A stretch of 48,369 nucleotides of DNA, from assembly GCA_002437735.1 (NCBI GenBank), contig DJRC01000081.1:1-48369 (forward strand), in the 5' to 3' direction. The first letter of the stretch is position 1, and each line of letters starts with the position of its first letter. Positions 45,950-48,369 of the stretch are shown here, piece by piece. A program made the translations under genes and the position numbers. The notes below the pieces were generated by a model, which saw only the letters and a program-made list of their open reading frames with translations, was not told where the DNA came from and made no database searches. Origin of the DNA: Oscillospiraceae bacterium UBA6370. Lineage in GTDB: Bacteria; Bacillota; Clostridia; Oscillospirales; Oscillospiraceae.

Positions 45950-48010
45950 TCATTGGATGAGCATATTTTCGCCCACGACCGTCTTCGCCTCGTCCACGGA
46001 GGTGAAGTAGGCGTTGAGGATCTGCACCGCGGTCGAGGCCAGCGCGCCGCCGCTGCCGCCCTTTTCGATCACCACCGCCAGCGCGATCTGCGGATCGTCG
46101 TAGGGCGCGAACGCCACGAACACGCCGTTGCTGACCTTGCCGCCGGTCTGCGCCGTGCCGGTCTTGGCGGCGGCGTCCACCACGCAGTCCTTGAAATAAT
46201 ACGCCACGCTGCCCGACACGACCAGGTCGCGCATTCCCTGCAAGACCGCCTGCAAATTCTCCGGCTCGATGTCGATGATCTCCGCCGGCGGCTCGTCGTA
46301 CACATCGACAAGCTCGGCGCTGTCGTAGGTCCGCACCTCCTTGAGCAGGTGCGCGTTGTACCGCGTCCCGCCGCCCGCGAGCGTCGCAATGTAGTTCGCA
46401 AGCTGCAGGGGCGTAAAGAGCGAGTACGACTGGCCGATGGCGGCGGTCAGCGTCTGACCGTCCGTCCAGTAGTGCCCGTCGAGCGAGTTAACGTAGTCCG
46501 GCGTGGTCATCACGCCGATCTTCTCCGGGATCTCGATGCCCGTCGGCTCGCCGAGGCCGAAAGCCGAGGCATAGCGCGCGATCGTGGAGATGCCCGTCCT
46601 GCGTCCGATGTCATAGAAGAAGTAGTTGCACGACACCTTGATGGCCTCGGTCACGTCGATGCGCCCGTGCGTGCCGCCGTTCTGGTTGTAGAGCCAGCAT
46701 TTGTAGGCCCAGTCGCCGTAGTGATACACGCCCTTCGTCAGAATGGTGGACTTCGGCGTGATGATGCCGGTCTCCAGCGCCGCGATGGCCGTCACCGGCT
46801 TGAAGGTCGAGCCGGGCGCGTAGGTGCCCTGTGTCGCGCGGTTCCAGAACGGCTGGAGCGGATCGGTGTTGTTCTCTGTGTAGTCCTCATTGAAGGTCTT
46901 GAGCGAGAAGGTCGGGTACGACGCCAGCGAGAGCACCTCGCCCGTGCCGACCTGCACCACCGCCGCGGCGGCGCCGCGGTCGATGTCGTCCTCTGCCGTC
47001 ATGCTCTCCACCGTCTCGGCGAGAATGCGCTCCACATCCTCCTGAAAATCGATGTCCAGCGTCAGCGCGACCGTATGGCCCGGCTCCGGCTCGACGGAGT
47101 AGATCTCCCCCGTCACCTTGCCCGCAGCGTTCGTCTCCACGATGCGCCGCCCGTTTCTGCCGCGCAGATAGTCCTCAAAGACCAGTTCCACGCCGTCGTA
47201 GCCGACGTAGGCGTTCATCGCGTAGCCCTTTTCCTTGTATTCATTCCATTTCTCGCGTGGGATCTTCGTGACGCGGCCGAGAATGTGCGCCGCCGCGTCG
47301 GTCTGATACTCGCGCACGGACGACGTTCCGATGTGGATGGGCGCATACGCGCCGTCTTTCAGCTCCGCGATCAGCTCCACCGAAATATCCGACGCAATGG
47401 CCGCCGTCGAGAGCTGATTGAGCTTCGTCACCGCGAGACAGTAGCGCAGTCCGACGAGCCTGCGCGCCTCCGTGTCGGTCAGATCCCCGTCCACCTTGAA
47501 CTCCGTGCGCAGCCGCGAGAGCAGCGCCTCGGGGCTCAGCGGCGGGTCGGTGTCGGTCGTCAGCGCGTCCTCGTCCGCCCACTTCTTGCTCACAAGGTAG
47601 CTGTTGAGCGTCGTGTGCGAGCCGGAGACGGAGAAATCGTAGGCGAACGGCGCGCCCGCCGTCAGCGGCAGCGTATCCTCCCAGACGATCCCCCGGTTTT
47701 CCAGCAGCTCGATGAGCCGCAGCAGCTCCTCGTTGAGCGCCGCGTCGTCCGACGGCGCGAGCGAAGCGTCCAGCTCGAGCGTATACACGCTCCGGTTCGT
47801 CACCAGCGCCTTGCCGTTCCGGTCGGTCAGGATGCCGCGCGAGGTCACCACCGTCTCGCTCTTCGTGTTCGCTCGGATGGACCGCGCGCGGTACTCCGCG
47901 CCGTGTACGATCTGCGCGTCGAAGAGCGTCACGAAATACGCCGCCAGCACCAGCGAGAAGAGCACGCCGATCACGAGCAGCCGGCGGTTGAATTGCTTTT
48001 TGTCGTCCAC
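45950..48010 (-). CDS. mrdA: Class B penicillin-binding protein 2
   Basis: RGILTDRNG, STFK (SxxK), SCN, KTG motifs; downstream of mreD. Confidence 0.9.
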   Translation of the reverse strand: MDDKKQFNRRLLVIGVLFSLVLAAYFVTLFDAQIVHGAEYRARSIRANTKSETVVTSRGILTDRNGKALVTNRSVYTLELDASLAPSDDAALNEELLRLIELLENRGIVWEDTLPLTAGAPFAYDFSVSGSHTTLNSYLVSKKWADEDALTTDTDPPLSPEALLSRLRTEFKVDGDLTDTEARRLVGLRYCLAVTKLNQLSTAAIASDISVELIAELKDGAYAPIHIGTSSVREYQTDAAAHILGRVTKIPREKWNEYKEKGYAMNAYVGYDGVELVFEDYLRGRNGRRIVETNAAGKVTGEIYSVEPEPGHTVALTLDIDFQEDVERILAETVESMTAEDDIDRGAAAAVVQVGTGEVLSLASYPTFSLKTFNEDYTENNTDPLQPFWNRATQGTYAPGSTFKPVTAIAALETGIITPKSTILTKGVYHYGDWAYKCWLYNQNGGTHGRIDVTEAIKVSCNYFFYDIGRRTGISTIARYASAFGLGEPTGIEIPEKIGVMTTPDYVNSLDGHYWTDGQTLTAAIGQSYSLFTPLQLANYIATLAGGGTRYNAHLLKEVRTYDSAELVDVYDEPPAEIIDIEPENLQAVLQGMRDLVVSGSVAYYFKDCVVDAAAKTGTAQTGGKVSNGVFVAFAPYDDPQIALAVVIEKGGSGGALASTAVQILNAYFTSVDEAKTVVGENMLIQ

Positions 48011-48043
48011 GGCAGGCCCTCCCTTCGCGGTTCTTTGCCGTTG

Positions 48044-48369
48044 TTACAGGGTAAATTTCCGATGCAGGAACGCCAGCACCGGATGGCACACGATCAGCAG
48101 CGGCAGCGAGAGCGCCAGCTCCCGCACCGCGCGCAGCGCGATGGCGGACAGCTCCGAGCGCCCGCCAGCAAGCAGCGTGACCGCCGTGATAATATCCACG
48201 AGCAAAAACGCCGCCGTGCTCACCGCCAGCGAGCAGAGGATGCCCGGCTGCAGCACGCTCCTCGCGATAAGCGCCGCGAGCAGCGCCGTGAGCGGAAACG
48301 CGATCGTGTACAGGCACGGCAGCGGGGCGGTCAGCGCCAGATCGCACAGCACGCCGAACGCCAGCGCGA
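48044..48369 (-). CDS. mreD: Rod shape-determining protein MreD-like (3' part)
   Basis: Hydrophobic, with G.LCD motif; directly upstream of the PBP2 gene; truncated by the window edge. Confidence 0.65.
   Translation of the reverse strand, partial: ALAFGVLCDLALTAPLPCLYTIAFPLTALLAALIARSVLQPGILCSLAVSTAAFLLVDIITAVTLLAGGRSELSAIALRAVRELALSLPLLIVCHPVLAFLHRKFTL

Overview
High-GC Firmicutes DNA; the gene set resembles Oscillospiraceae (inference). Positions 1 to ~17340 are the right arm of a contractile-tailed (PBSX/xkd-like) prophage: baseplate and fibre genes, a lysis cassette, and an accessory operon with an ADP-ribosylglycohydrolase. The main feature is a diversity-generating retroelement (DGR) in the tail module. 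It has a target gene (5667-7496), a variable repeat VR (7340-7482) and a template repeat TR (7890-8032). VR and TR differ at 15 positions, all adenines in TR. A GC hairpin follows VR, and a reverse transcriptase (RT) follows TR. This DGR is atypical in three ways: the RT catalytic motif reads YIDN instead of YxDD, an 80-aa non-Avd-like ORF occupies the accessory slot, and the RT probably starts at ATC. An intergenic origin-like element (11-bp repeats, CCCATTA repeats, perfect DnaA box) lies at 15791-15910. The rest is host chromosome (gap, mnmA, pepF, ParB/Noc-like, DnaD, DnaC-like, mrdA, mreD), including a decaying accessory region at ~25.9-35.4 kb with several pseudogenes. All family assignments are by-eye motif recognition; no searches were run.
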